IMG/VR virus record: IMGVR_UViG_3300037462_000828
Coordinates: 47,727-111,726 of that record
Reading direction: 5' to 3' (one strand)
Length of the DNA: 64,000 nucleotides
Source: a virus
Shown: piece after piece, positions 56,204 through 64,000 of the stretch
Position numbering within the stretch: the stretch's first letter is position 1
Layout of the letters: each line of letters starts with the position of its first letter
The notes under the pieces: generated by a model
Told to the model about the DNA's origin: nothing
Database searches by the model: none
What the model saw: the letters and a program-made list of their open reading frames with translations, nothing else
Translations under genes and position numbers: made by a program

Positions 56204-56620
56204 ATGACCGCCGCGATCGTCAACGGGCAGACCTATGAATGGTCGTCGGCCAGCATCGGAGGGGTCACGCTCCCGCCCGGCTCCGTCCGTGCGATCGCGT
56301 ACGAGAGCGAGGCCGACCCAAGCAAACTGCCGACGCGAAAAACGACCGGCACGTACCGGGCCGAGGTCGCTTTCGCCATGACGGGCAAGGCCTTTCGCGA
56401 GTTTCGCGACGCTCTCGACCGAGCCTTCCCGCCCCGGCCCGTGACCTTCCTCGCCGGCCCGCGCGACCGAGGCCGGGCGGTACGGCGGGGCGACGCGCGG
56501 GCGATGGTTCGGCGCGTCCGGCACACGCTCGACTCGCTCGGCGCCGTCAACCCGCGGGTCGAACTCAACCCCGACGTCTGGCTCGCCCGCCCCAAGGGCG
56601 CGCCCCGGGTGCGGCGGTGA
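56204..56620 (+). CDS. Protein with tail-tube-like N-terminus
   Basis: IVNGQTYEWSS..AIAYE..RKTTGTYRAEVAF. Confidence 0.4.
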   Translation: MTAAIVNGQTYEWSSASIGGVTLPPGSVRAIAYESEADPSKLPTRKTTGTYRAEVAFAMTGKAFREFRDALDRAFPPRPVTFLAGPRDRGRAVRRGDARAMVRRVRHTLDSLGAVNPRVELNPDVWLARPKGAPRVRR

Positions 56621-57266
56621 GGGCCGGCCGCTTCGCCGGCGCGATCCAGCCGCCGGCCTTCAACCCCTTCGATGCGTTCGCCGAGGCCCAAGTGCGCCGG
56701 TCGAACGACGGCCTTCGCCGCGCCCTTACCCTACTCGCCCGCCTCTCGGCGCGTCGGCCCCTCGGCCCCCGCGACGGGATCGTCGTCCGCGACCTCGGCC
56801 TGCCCTTCGGGTGCGGCCGCAACTACCAGGCCGTCGTCGCGCACGGCGATACGTGGGCCGGGCCGCTCCGGGCGTGGGTACACGAAGCGGTCGACGACCT
56901 CGTCGCCGAACTCGACGGCCGGCTGCGGGGCGGCGACGCCGACGCCCTCGACCGAGAGCGCGACGGCGAGCCACAGGCGCGCCGTGTCTAGGTGGAAACT
57001 TCACGCTCGGCGGCGCGGCTGGCCCGACACCTACCTTTGGACGCCGAAGCGCCAGCGCCGCCTAGCCGACGCACGGCCAAGAGCTACGCGTCGAAGGGCG
57101 TCTCAGCGCGCGACCTCATGGCGCTGACCAAGAACAAGATCCCCTACGCGCCGTGGTTCGAACGCTACCTCGACCACCGCCTCGCCGCCGAGCGGGCGCG
57201 CGAGGCTGACCGACGGGAGCGGCCCCCGGCCGGGGGCTCGGCCGCCGAGGGCGTCAGGCTAGCGGC

Positions 57267-57767
57267 ATGACCGAACCCACCCCCAGCGACGGCGGCACGT
57301 ACGCCAGCGTCGACCGACGCCCCGTGCCGTTCCGTTCCCCGGCCCTCGACGATGCGATCGCGTTCGTCCTGACGATGCAGGCCCAGCGCGGCGACTACGA
57401 GCACGGGCAGATGCTCGCCTTCTACCCGCCGCTCGCCGCCGACGAGACCCGCACCCGCCGGCCCCTGACCCCGAGCGAGCGCTACGCCCTGGTGGCGAGC
57501 CTCGTCGACGCGCTCGAGCAGGTCGGCATGGTCGGCACCGCGCACGACGGCGCGGCCGCCCGCCTCGAGTTCTCGGGGGACATGCCGTGGGGGCGGCGCC
57601 GCGCCATCGTGCCCGACCTCGGCCCCGGCGCCGCGTGCGTCATGGTGCTTTGGATGCACGACCCGCCCCCGCGACCGTCGGGGCCAACGCCCTCGCTTCT
57701 CGACCGACACGACGCTGGCCGAGACGACCTCCGTTCCTTCTTTTGGTCGACGCATAGGTACCGATGA
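57267..57767 (+). CDS. Hypothetical protein
   Basis: Coupled ORF. Confidence 0.6.
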   Translation: MTEPTPSDGGTYASVDRRPVPFRSPALDDAIAFVLTMQAQRGDYEHGQMLAFYPPLAADETRTRRPLTPSERYALVASLVDALEQVGMVGTAHDGAAARLEFSGDMPWGRRRAIVPDLGPGAACVMVLWMHDPPPRPSGPTPSLLDRHDAGRDDLRSFFWSTHRYR

Positions 57768-58111
57768 CCACCCTCGACCCGAACGTCTCGTGGGCCCTCG
57801 AGGTCTGGGGCGTCGCCCGGCGCGCCGGCCTCGCCGACCCGTCTGTCACCTTCCCCGGCGGCGGCGCCCGCGCGTCGTGGGCCTCGCGTCTCAAGCGCGC
57901 CGACCTCTCGCTCGACGCCGACGGGTGCGTTCTACTCGAACTCTTCGAGTCGCGCCCCGACGGCGCGTGGTCGAGCGGCCAGCACGTGACCCCCGGCGCG
58001 GACGGCCTACGCGAGGCCTTGGCGCGCGTTCGCGACCACGTCGGGCCCCGGGCCCCGGGCTCGTTCGCGGCGCCCTCTATCGCCGGGCTCGCGCCCGGGG
58101 GCGAGGCCTGA
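57764..58111 (+). CDS. Hypothetical protein
   Basis: Coupled ORF. Confidence 0.6.
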   Translation: MTTLDPNVSWALEVWGVARRAGLADPSVTFPGGGARASWASRLKRADLSLDADGCVLLELFESRPDGAWSSGQHVTPGADGLREALARVRDHVGPRAPGSFAAPSIAGLAPGGEA

Positions 58112-58296
58112 TGTACCTCGACCTCCTCAAGCTTAAGCGCAACGACGTGCCCGGCGCCGTCGCCTACTGGCGCAAGTACCGCGCGCGCCTCACGGGTGTC
58201 GCGGCGTCGACTGCGTACCAGCAACTCGTGACCTTGCAGGATGACCCGGCCGCGCTCGTGGCCGCACTACGGGCCCTGCTCGCCGAGCCGGCCTAG
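58111..58296 (+). CDS. 61-aa protein, paralogue of 60907-61086 (candidate immunity/partner)
   Basis: MYLDLLKLKRNDVPGAVAYWR..LVTLQDDPAALVAAL; TGATG coupling. Confidence 0.7.
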   Translation: MYLDLLKLKRNDVPGAVAYWRKYRARLTGVAASTAYQQLVTLQDDPAALVAALRALLAEPA

Positions 58297-58345
58297 CGAT
58301 CGCGCCGGCTGCCGGCGCGCCTGCCCACCCGGGAGCGCCGACGCC

Positions 58346-60910
58346 ATGGCCATCAACGCGAAGACCAAGCCCGACGACGCCGACGAAGCGGTCGCGTGGT
58401 TCAAGGCCAAGGCGAAGGTCGGCCGCGGCACTTGGCGCGCGCTCGACGCCGCCGCCCGAGCCCGGGCCTTCAACGTGGCCGGGCTGACGAGCGCGCGCGC
58501 GGTCGACTCGGTCTACAAGGCGCTCGAGAAAGCCGTCGCCGAAGGCACGCCCTACAAGGACTTTGCGAAGGCCGTCAAGGCCGACGTCGAGGCCGATTGG
58601 GGCAAGCCCAACGCGGCCCTGCTCGAGACCGTCTTTCGCAACCACGTCGCGGCCTCCTACGCCGCCGGCCGGCTCGCCCGCTTGCGCGAGCCCGGGGCCC
58701 TCGAGCGCCGGCCCTTCCGCCTCTACTCGGCCGTGCTCGACCCGGCGACGACGCCCGTCTGCCGCTCCCGGCATGGCGTTCTCTTGCCGGCCGACGACCC
58801 GTGGTGGCAGGAAAATGAGGCCCCACTTCACCATAGGTGTAGGGCTCAAGTCGTCTCGCTTTCGAAGGCCCTCGCCCGGGCCCGCGGCGGCGTCAAGAGG
58901 CCCGGCGCCGACCTGCCCCCGCCCCCCGACGGGTGGGGCTCGCAAGCGGCGCTTCTCGGCGACGAGCCGCCGGCCATCGACCTCGCGCCCCCGATGGCCC
59001 GGGCCGTCAAGGACCGCAAGGGCAAGGCGCCCGAGCCCGAGGCAGACCCGACGCCGCCCCTCGCGCCACGCGAGCCGGGGTCGACAGGCGGCCCGGAGCG
59101 GCCCGACTTCCCGCTGCCCAAGGTCAAGCGGCCGGCGGGCCAGGAAAGCGCCTACGACTACAAGCGCGAGTTTTTTTCCGATCTAAAGCGCGTCGTCGAG
59201 TCGTCCGACAACTGGGACGATCTCCGACGCGTCAACCGCAGAGCGCTCGCGATGCTCGGCATGATCTCGAGCGACGTCGAACTCGACAAGCCGGACGCTG
59301 GCAAGGTTTTCCCGAACGCGCCGATGGCGTCGCCGGATGGCCTTGCGTTTCACTCGTGGGACGGTGGCCTTCACCTAAGCGAGAGAATCAGCAACGGGCT
59401 TCGCTCTTTCGTCGCTAAGATTCCGGCCGACGGCGACGTCTCGAAGGTGCCGCGCTATATGTTTTCGCGCGACGAGCTTCGCGCCGTGGGCGTCCTGCTG
59501 CACGAGGAGATCCACGGGTCGGGCTCGCCCGAAAAGGAGTTCTACGAAGGGCTCGGTGTCGCCATCGAGGAGGGCACCGTCGAGGCGTCCGCGCGCGTTG
59601 CCATGCGGTTCCTCTTCGGGCTTCCGAAGGGCGCGGCCGTTCCGGCAAACTCGCCCTTCTTTCTCCCGAGGGCGGGCTACCAAAACTTTGAACACGCGAA
59701 CGACATGGGGGCTTACGACGTTTACGTCGGCTCCCTCTTCAAAGCCGCGCGCGACTCGGGGGCCGAGCCCGGCGACGACCTGACCGAGACGGTCGCGGCC
59801 GCCATCGCGCGAACGCGCGTGCGAAGCGTGGCGAAGGTCATCATAGAGACGCCGGATCAGTACCTCGATCTCATCGCGAAAGAACTCGGCCTCACGTCGG
59901 CGGCGGCCAAGAGAAAGTTTCGCGAGAAGTTCGAGGAAAACCTAGAGCGCGACCTCGCACGGTACGAGAGGCTGACCGCGCCGGCCCCCGGCGCGGCGCC
60001 CGAGCGAGACGCGGCGCCGGCGGCGCCGGCGGCGAAGGCCAAGCCGGCCCCCGAGAAGCCGGCGCGTAGGGCCGAGCCGGTCAAGGCCGGGCACGCCGTG
60101 CCCTACGCCGACGAGTTGCAGTTCGTCGACGACGTGACGGCGGCGGTTCAGAGCGGGAACCTGAACGCGCTACGAGGCTTCTCCCGGCGGCTGCTCGCCG
60201 GCCAGGGGCTCGTCTCGATCGACGTCGAAGACCACGACGGCGCCCGAACCCCGAGCGCCGACGTCGTGCGCGTCGTCGGCCACGATACGGCGTTTTACGA
60301 GCCTACCGGCAGCAACCGAGGCCGCATCAGCTTTACGAAAAAAATGATCGACGCCATCGGCGCGCTCGCCCCGAAGTGGGCCGCCGGCCGGCTGCCGTGG
60401 CGCTCCGTGCCGCCGCAAGCGCTTAGCGCCCTGTCGGTCGTTGTCCACGAGGAGATCCACGCCCATACCTCGACGACGGGCAAGGCCTACGCCGGGCTCG
60501 GCATTCATCTCGAGGAGTGCGTCACCGAGGTAACGGCGCAACGAACGATACGCGCCATGCTCGGCGCGACCGACGCCAAGCTACCGAAGAAGCACCCGCT
60601 CTACCTGCCAACCGACTCGCCGAGCCTCGAGTCGGGCGACCCGAAGGGCCACGGTAGCGCGTTCGCGAAAATCGTCGGTCCCTTCTACCGAGCGGCCAAA
60701 GAGGTTATCGGCAAAGACCCCGCTTGGATCTCTCGCTTCGAGGCTGCCATGATCGCGTACAAGTCGCGCGGCCCCGGCCGAAAGGCGTCGTCCGAAGAGG
60801 ACGCGTGGGCCCACTTCTACGACGAGCTCGGCCTCTCGCCCGACGAGCGGCGGGCATTCCGGGCGGCGTTCGTCGTCGGCCTCAAGGCCGAAGGGTCGCT
60901 GATGCTATGA
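58346..60910 (+). CDS. MuF (SPP1 gp7-like) head morphogenesis protein with two C-terminal zincin metallopeptidase domains
   Basis: RAFNVAG, LETVFRN..SYAAGR, YSAVLD..T..C, DDPWW..PLHHRCR; HEEIH at 59501 and 60446. Confidence 0.9.
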   Translation: MAINAKTKPDDADEAVAWFKAKAKVGRGTWRALDAAARARAFNVAGLTSARAVDSVYKALEKAVAEGTPYKDFAKAVKADVEADWGKPNAALLETVFRNHVAASYAAGRLARLREPGALERRPFRLYSAVLDPATTPVCRSRHGVLLPADDPWWQENEAPLHHRCRAQVVSLSKALARARGGVKRPGADLPPPPDGWGSQAALLGDEPPAIDLAPPMARAVKDRKGKAPEPEADPTPPLAPREPGSTGGPERPDFPLPKVKRPAGQESAYDYKREFFSDLKRVVESSDNWDDLRRVNRRALAMLGMISSDVELDKPDAGKVFPNAPMASPDGLAFHSWDGGLHLSERISNGLRSFVAKIPADGDVSKVPRYMFSRDELRAVGVLLHEEIHGSGSPEKEFYEGLGVAIEEGTVEASARVAMRFLFGLPKGAAVPANSPFFLPRAGYQNFEHANDMGAYDVYVGSLFKAARDSGAEPGDDLTETVAAAIARTRVRSVAKVIIETPDQYLDLIAKELGLTSAAAKRKFREKFEENLERDLARYERLTAPAPGAAPERDAAPAAPAAKAKPAPEKPARRAEPVKAGHAVPYADELQFVDDVTAAVQSGNLNALRGFSRRLLAGQGLVSIDVEDHDGARTPSADVVRVVGHDTAFYEPTGSNRGRISFTKKMIDAIGALAPKWAAGRLPWRSVPPQALSALSVVVHEEIHAHTSTTGKAYAGLGIHLEECVTEVTAQRTIRAMLGATDAKLPKKHPLYLPTDSPSLESGDPKGHGSAFAKIVGPFYRAAKEVIGKDPAWISRFEAAMIAYKSRGPGRKASSEEDAWAHFYDELGLSPDERRAFRAAFVVGLKAEGSLML

Positions 60911-61086
60911 CCGTCCTCGGCCTGCGCCGCAACGACGTCCCCGGCGCGCTCGCGCTCTACCGCGAGCGCCTTCGGGACTCGACCCGCGACGACCTGCGCG
61001 GCCTCTGCGAAATGCTGACGATGCTTCACGACGACCCCGATCGGTTCGTCGCGGCGTTCGCCGAGGCGTTCCCGCCCGAGGCCTGA
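60907..61086 (+). CDS. 59-aa protein coupled to muF (candidate immunity/partner)
   Basis: MTVLGLRRNDVPGALALYR..LTMLHDDPDRFVAAF; ATGA overlap with the muF stop. Confidence 0.7.
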   Translation: MTVLGLRRNDVPGALALYRERLRDSTRDDLRGLCEMLTMLHDDPDRFVAAFAEAFPPEA

Positions 61087-61180
61087 CGACCCCCTAGGGC
61101 GCGACCGAGCGCGGGCCGAACGCGGCGCGCGGCCGGTCGCGCCCGTGCGCCCCGCGCGCCCCCGCGCGGAGGGCCCCCCT

Positions 61181-62572
61181 ATGACCGGACTTCTCCGGGC
61201 GGACCTGACGCCCCACGTGCTCTCGGCCGTCGCCGCCTTCGCCCCGGCGCTGCTCGACGCCGTCAAGCGGGGCGACGTCGTCCCGCACCACCTCGCCGCG
61301 CCCTCCCCGCTTTGGGCGCCGACCCCGCCCGCCGGCTCGGCCGCCCGCCTCGACGGGCTCGCCGCCGGGGGCGACGTCTACATTCCGACGCCCGAAGAGT
61401 TCGTGCCGCCCTCGGCGGTGCGGCTCTTTCGGTTCGGCGATAACCCGACAACGAAGGGCAACTTTATTCTCGAGCCGGGCGCGGGCGAGGTCATGAAGTA
61501 CGCCCTCGCGTACGGCAACCCGCTCCCGTTCGACTACTGCCACGCGATGGTCGCGCCCCCCCCGGGGTGCCCGCCCGACGAGGCCGGCAAAGCGGCCGGT
61601 TGGTTCCGCTGCGAAGTGCGCGACGACGGGCTCTACGCCGGCCGCGCTTCCTGGACGCCCGCCGGCCGCGAGCGCCTTCGCGTGCGCGAGTTCGCGTTTA
61701 CCTCGCCGGCGTTCCTCGCCACGAAAAAAGGCGAGGTCGTCGCGATCATCAACTGCGCGATTACGAATATCCCGGCGACGTACGACCTAACGCCGCTCGT
61801 CTCCGACCGCATCTCCCTCTCGTACGACGTCGCCCCGCCCACGGCGGCCGACCCGTCGCCCGCGCCCCCGAAGGGCTCGGAGGAACCGCCTGTCATGAAA
61901 GAACTGCTCGCCCTGCTCAGCCTCGGGCCCGACGCCTCCGACGCGGCCGCGGTCATCGCCCTTAACGCGCTCAAGACCGCCGCCGACGCGCGCGTCGCCG
62001 AGGCCAACCGCGCGACCGAGGCCGCGCGCGCCGAGACCCGCCAGGTGCTCGACGCCGTCGGCGCCGCGACCCTCCCCGCCGCGCTCGGCACCATCTCGGG
62101 CTTGAAGGACGCGGCCGAGAAGGGCCGCCTCGCCTCCGAAGCGCTCGCCAAGCGCGCCGAGGACGACAAGACGGCGGCCAAGCTCGCGGCCGACGCGTCG
62201 GTCAAGGCCCTGCTCGACGCCGCCGAGAGGGGCGACGCGAAGGGCGTCAAGCTGACGCCCGCGGGCCGCAAGGCCTACGAGGCGCAGGCCCTCGCGCTCG
62301 GCCCCGAGGGCGTCAAGGCGTACCTCGACGCGAAGGGCTACGAACTCCCCGGCGCGCCCGACCAGCCCGCGGCGGGCGCGGCCGGCTCGCCCGGGCCCGC
62401 GGGCCAGGCCGGCGCGCCGCCGAAACTCCTCTCGAAGTGGGAGGACTACGACGCGCAGCCCGGCGGCTGGCGCGAACTCGAGCGCCTCGGCAAGGAAAGC
62501 CCGGCCGAGTTCAAGCGCCTTCACGACGACTACCAGGCCCGGCAGCGGGCTGCCCGCGGCCTGACCGCCTGA
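61181..62572 (+). CDS. Mu gpI-like prohead protease / scaffold
   Basis: PFDYCH, KAAGWF, WTPAG..FTSPAF, AITNIPA; coiled-coil C-terminal half. Confidence 0.9.
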   Translation: MTGLLRADLTPHVLSAVAAFAPALLDAVKRGDVVPHHLAAPSPLWAPTPPAGSAARLDGLAAGGDVYIPTPEEFVPPSAVRLFRFGDNPTTKGNFILEPGAGEVMKYALAYGNPLPFDYCHAMVAPPPGCPPDEAGKAAGWFRCEVRDDGLYAGRASWTPAGRERLRVREFAFTSPAFLATKKGEVVAIINCAITNIPATYDLTPLVSDRISLSYDVAPPTAADPSPAPPKGSEEPPVMKELLALLSLGPDASDAAAVIALNALKTAADARVAEANRATEAARAETRQVLDAVGAATLPAALGTISGLKDAAEKGRLASEALAKRAEDDKTAAKLAADASVKALLDAAERGDAKGVKLTPAGRKAYEAQALALGPEGVKAYLDAKGYELPGAPDQPAAGAAGSPGPAGQAGAPPKLLSKWEDYDAQPGGWRELERLGKESPAEFKRLHDDYQARQRAARGLTA

Positions 62573-62607
62573 CCCGGCTTTTCGAATAGCCGGAGGATTA
62601 CGAACAG

Positions 62608-63477
62608 ATGAGCGGAATGAACAAGGCGCAGTTTTTCCAGGCCGAGATCCTTGCCGACAAGATCGTCAAGGGCCTCGCCGGGATGAAGGCCATCGCGGGT
62701 ACGGGCGTCGGCCAGGTGCTCATGTCGATGCCCCACGGCTCGACCCGCATCGGCGAGAAGGTGAAGGTCCCGTACTTTACCTCGCTCGGCCGGATGGAGG
62801 ACTTGACCGACGACAACCAGGCCCTCAACCCGGACTCGATTTCGAGCACCGTGGAGGAGGCGACCATTCGCCGGTCGGGCAAGGCCTTCTCGGCGACGAA
62901 GTGGGCCCAGTTTGCCGAACTCGGGAACCCCTACGATATGTGCGCGGCGGCGATCGCGAACCTGATTCAGGAGCGCGTCGACGACGCCCTGCTCGAGGCG
63001 CTCGTCAACCCGCTCGCGGGGAACGCGAACGTCACCGACGTGACGGCGTCCGGCGACCCGCTGCTCACGCACGACAACTTCCTCGAGGCCCGATCGAAGT
63101 GGGGCGACGAGACGCGCGATATCACCGCGCTGATCGTTCACTCGCAGACCGAGAAGGCCCTGCGCAAGTTGAAGGACGACGCGGGCCGGCCGCTCATCAC
63201 CGACATGGTGAACGGGCAGCTCTCGCGCTTCAACGGCGTGCAAATCTACGTGAGCGACAAGATGCCCGTCTCGGGCAACACGTTCACGTCGCTGCTCTGC
63301 AAGAGCAACGCGGCCGTCTTCTGGATGAACGGCTCGCCCTCGTTCCGGCAGGCCGAGGATGCACTGGCGGACGCGGATCTCGCGGCCGTTCACATCTACT
63401 GGGCCGCGCACCGCTACCTCAATCTGAACGGCGGCACGAAGCCGGGCGTCCAGATCCTCAAGCACCAAAACGGCTGA
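62608..63477 (+). CDS. Major capsid protein
   Basis: GGAGG RBS; position after protease; GEKVKVPYF, LIVHS..LRKLKD, FNGVQIYVSDKMP. Confidence 0.88.
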   Translation: MSGMNKAQFFQAEILADKIVKGLAGMKAIAGTGVGQVLMSMPHGSTRIGEKVKVPYFTSLGRMEDLTDDNQALNPDSISSTVEEATIRRSGKAFSATKWAQFAELGNPYDMCAAAIANLIQERVDDALLEALVNPLAGNANVTDVTASGDPLLTHDNFLEARSKWGDETRDITALIVHSQTEKALRKLKDDAGRPLITDMVNGQLSRFNGVQIYVSDKMPVSGNTFTSLLCKSNAAVFWMNGSPSFRQAEDALADADLAAVHIYWAAHRYLNLNGGTKPGVQILKHQNG

Positions 63478-63480
63478 CGC

Positions 63481-63560
63481 CGTCGCCGCCCCCGCCGCGC
63501 CCCTCGGCGGCGCTCGCCCTACCGCGGGCGCCGCCGGGGGCGCGGCCGGGCGGCGCCCTC
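63481..63560 (+). terminator. Long GC hairpin after the capsid gene
   Basis: GCCGCGCCCCTCGGCGGCGC / GCGCCGCCGGGGGCGCGGC; no U-tract. Confidence 0.4.
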
Positions 63561-63585
63561 GCCCCCCTACCCCCGGAGCGCGCGC

Positions 63586-63897
63586 ATGATTTACCGCCGC
63601 CGCCGCTACTACCGCGCCGCCGCCGACGAGTCGGCGCAGCTTCACGGCGAGCCCGCCACCGCGTGCGCGCCGGCCACCGTCGGCCCCCTCGCCGGGCTCT
63701 TCGAGCAGCGCCGCGAGGCGGCCGCGCCCGAGGTGCCGATGCCCCTCGACTTCGTCCACCGCGCGCGGCTCGTCGCCGCCGGCTACTCGGCGATCGACGA
63801 ACTCGAGCCGGCGACCGAGCGCGAGTTGATGAGCAAAGGCTTTACCCGGGCCGAGGCGCGCGCGATCCGCGCGGCCGTCGCGGCCCTGACCGCATGA
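63586..63897 (+). CDS. Hypothetical head-region protein
   Basis: GGAG RBS; C-terminal LVAAGY..ELMSKGFT HhH-like segment. Confidence 0.65.
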   Translation: MIYRRRRYYRAAADESAQLHGEPATACAPATVGPLAGLFEQRREAAAPEVPMPLDFVHRARLVAAGYSAIDELEPATERELMSKGFTRAEARAIRAAVAALTA

Positions 63898-63907
63898 GGC
63901 ACCCCGC

Positions 63908-64000
63908 ATGGGCTACCACGTCAAGCGTACGGGCAAGTACGCCGACACCGAAGACATCAACCTCTTTCCCTCGCAGTCGGTCGCGGTCGGCACGACCGCG
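63908..64000 (+). CDS. Partial structural-region gene
   Basis: MGYHVKRTGKYADTEDINLFPSQ..., runs off the window. Confidence 0.55.
   Translation, partial: MGYHVKRTGKYADTEDINLFPSQSVAVGTTA

Noticed and set aside
1-64000. Many long Arg/Pro/Gly-rich ORFs in the track (e.g. 4950-7352 -, 10830-13778 -, 43874-45733 -)
   Set aside because: Shadow frames of high-GC genes; they overlap motif-bearing CDSs and have frame-shifted composition
1-64000. CRISPR array, reverse transcriptase or DGR
   Set aside because: No regularly spaced repeats, RT motifs or TR/VR pair seen

Overview
This 64-kb, very GC-rich window is a segment of a tailed dsDNA phage or prophage genome. The GC level and abundant TCG/TCGA words suggest a myxobacterial host, but this is inference only. 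Layout: (i) a leftward accessory operon at 1-5.5 kb (DUF5131, ATP-grasp-like, MazG, SLOG); (ii) a long rightward early/middle region at 5.7-48 kb (HNH, replication initiator with internal origin-like repeats, DnaB with a class-3 intein, Myb-like HTH paralogues, HNH-thyX, HD hydrolase, AlkB, PAPS-reductase-family protein, Mom-like GNAT, an XRE-sigma70 fusion, a small serine recombinase, an AAA ATPase and many small ORFans); (iii) a Mu-like head module at 49-64 kb (TerS, TerL, portal, MuF, protease/scaffold, capsid). Best leads: a MuF head protein carrying two tandem HEEIH metallopeptidase domains and flanked on both sides by paralogous ~60-aa genes; a ~730-nt gene-free, heavily structured region containing a non-canonical tRNA-like cloverleaf; and two promoter classes (16 copies of TWAH-N15/16-GMCGYW, and 3 sigma70-like promoters sharing a 17-bp palindrome) alongside the XRE-sigma fusion. 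All family calls come from motif recognition by eye; no database searches were run. Most long ORFs in the supplied track are GC shadow frames.
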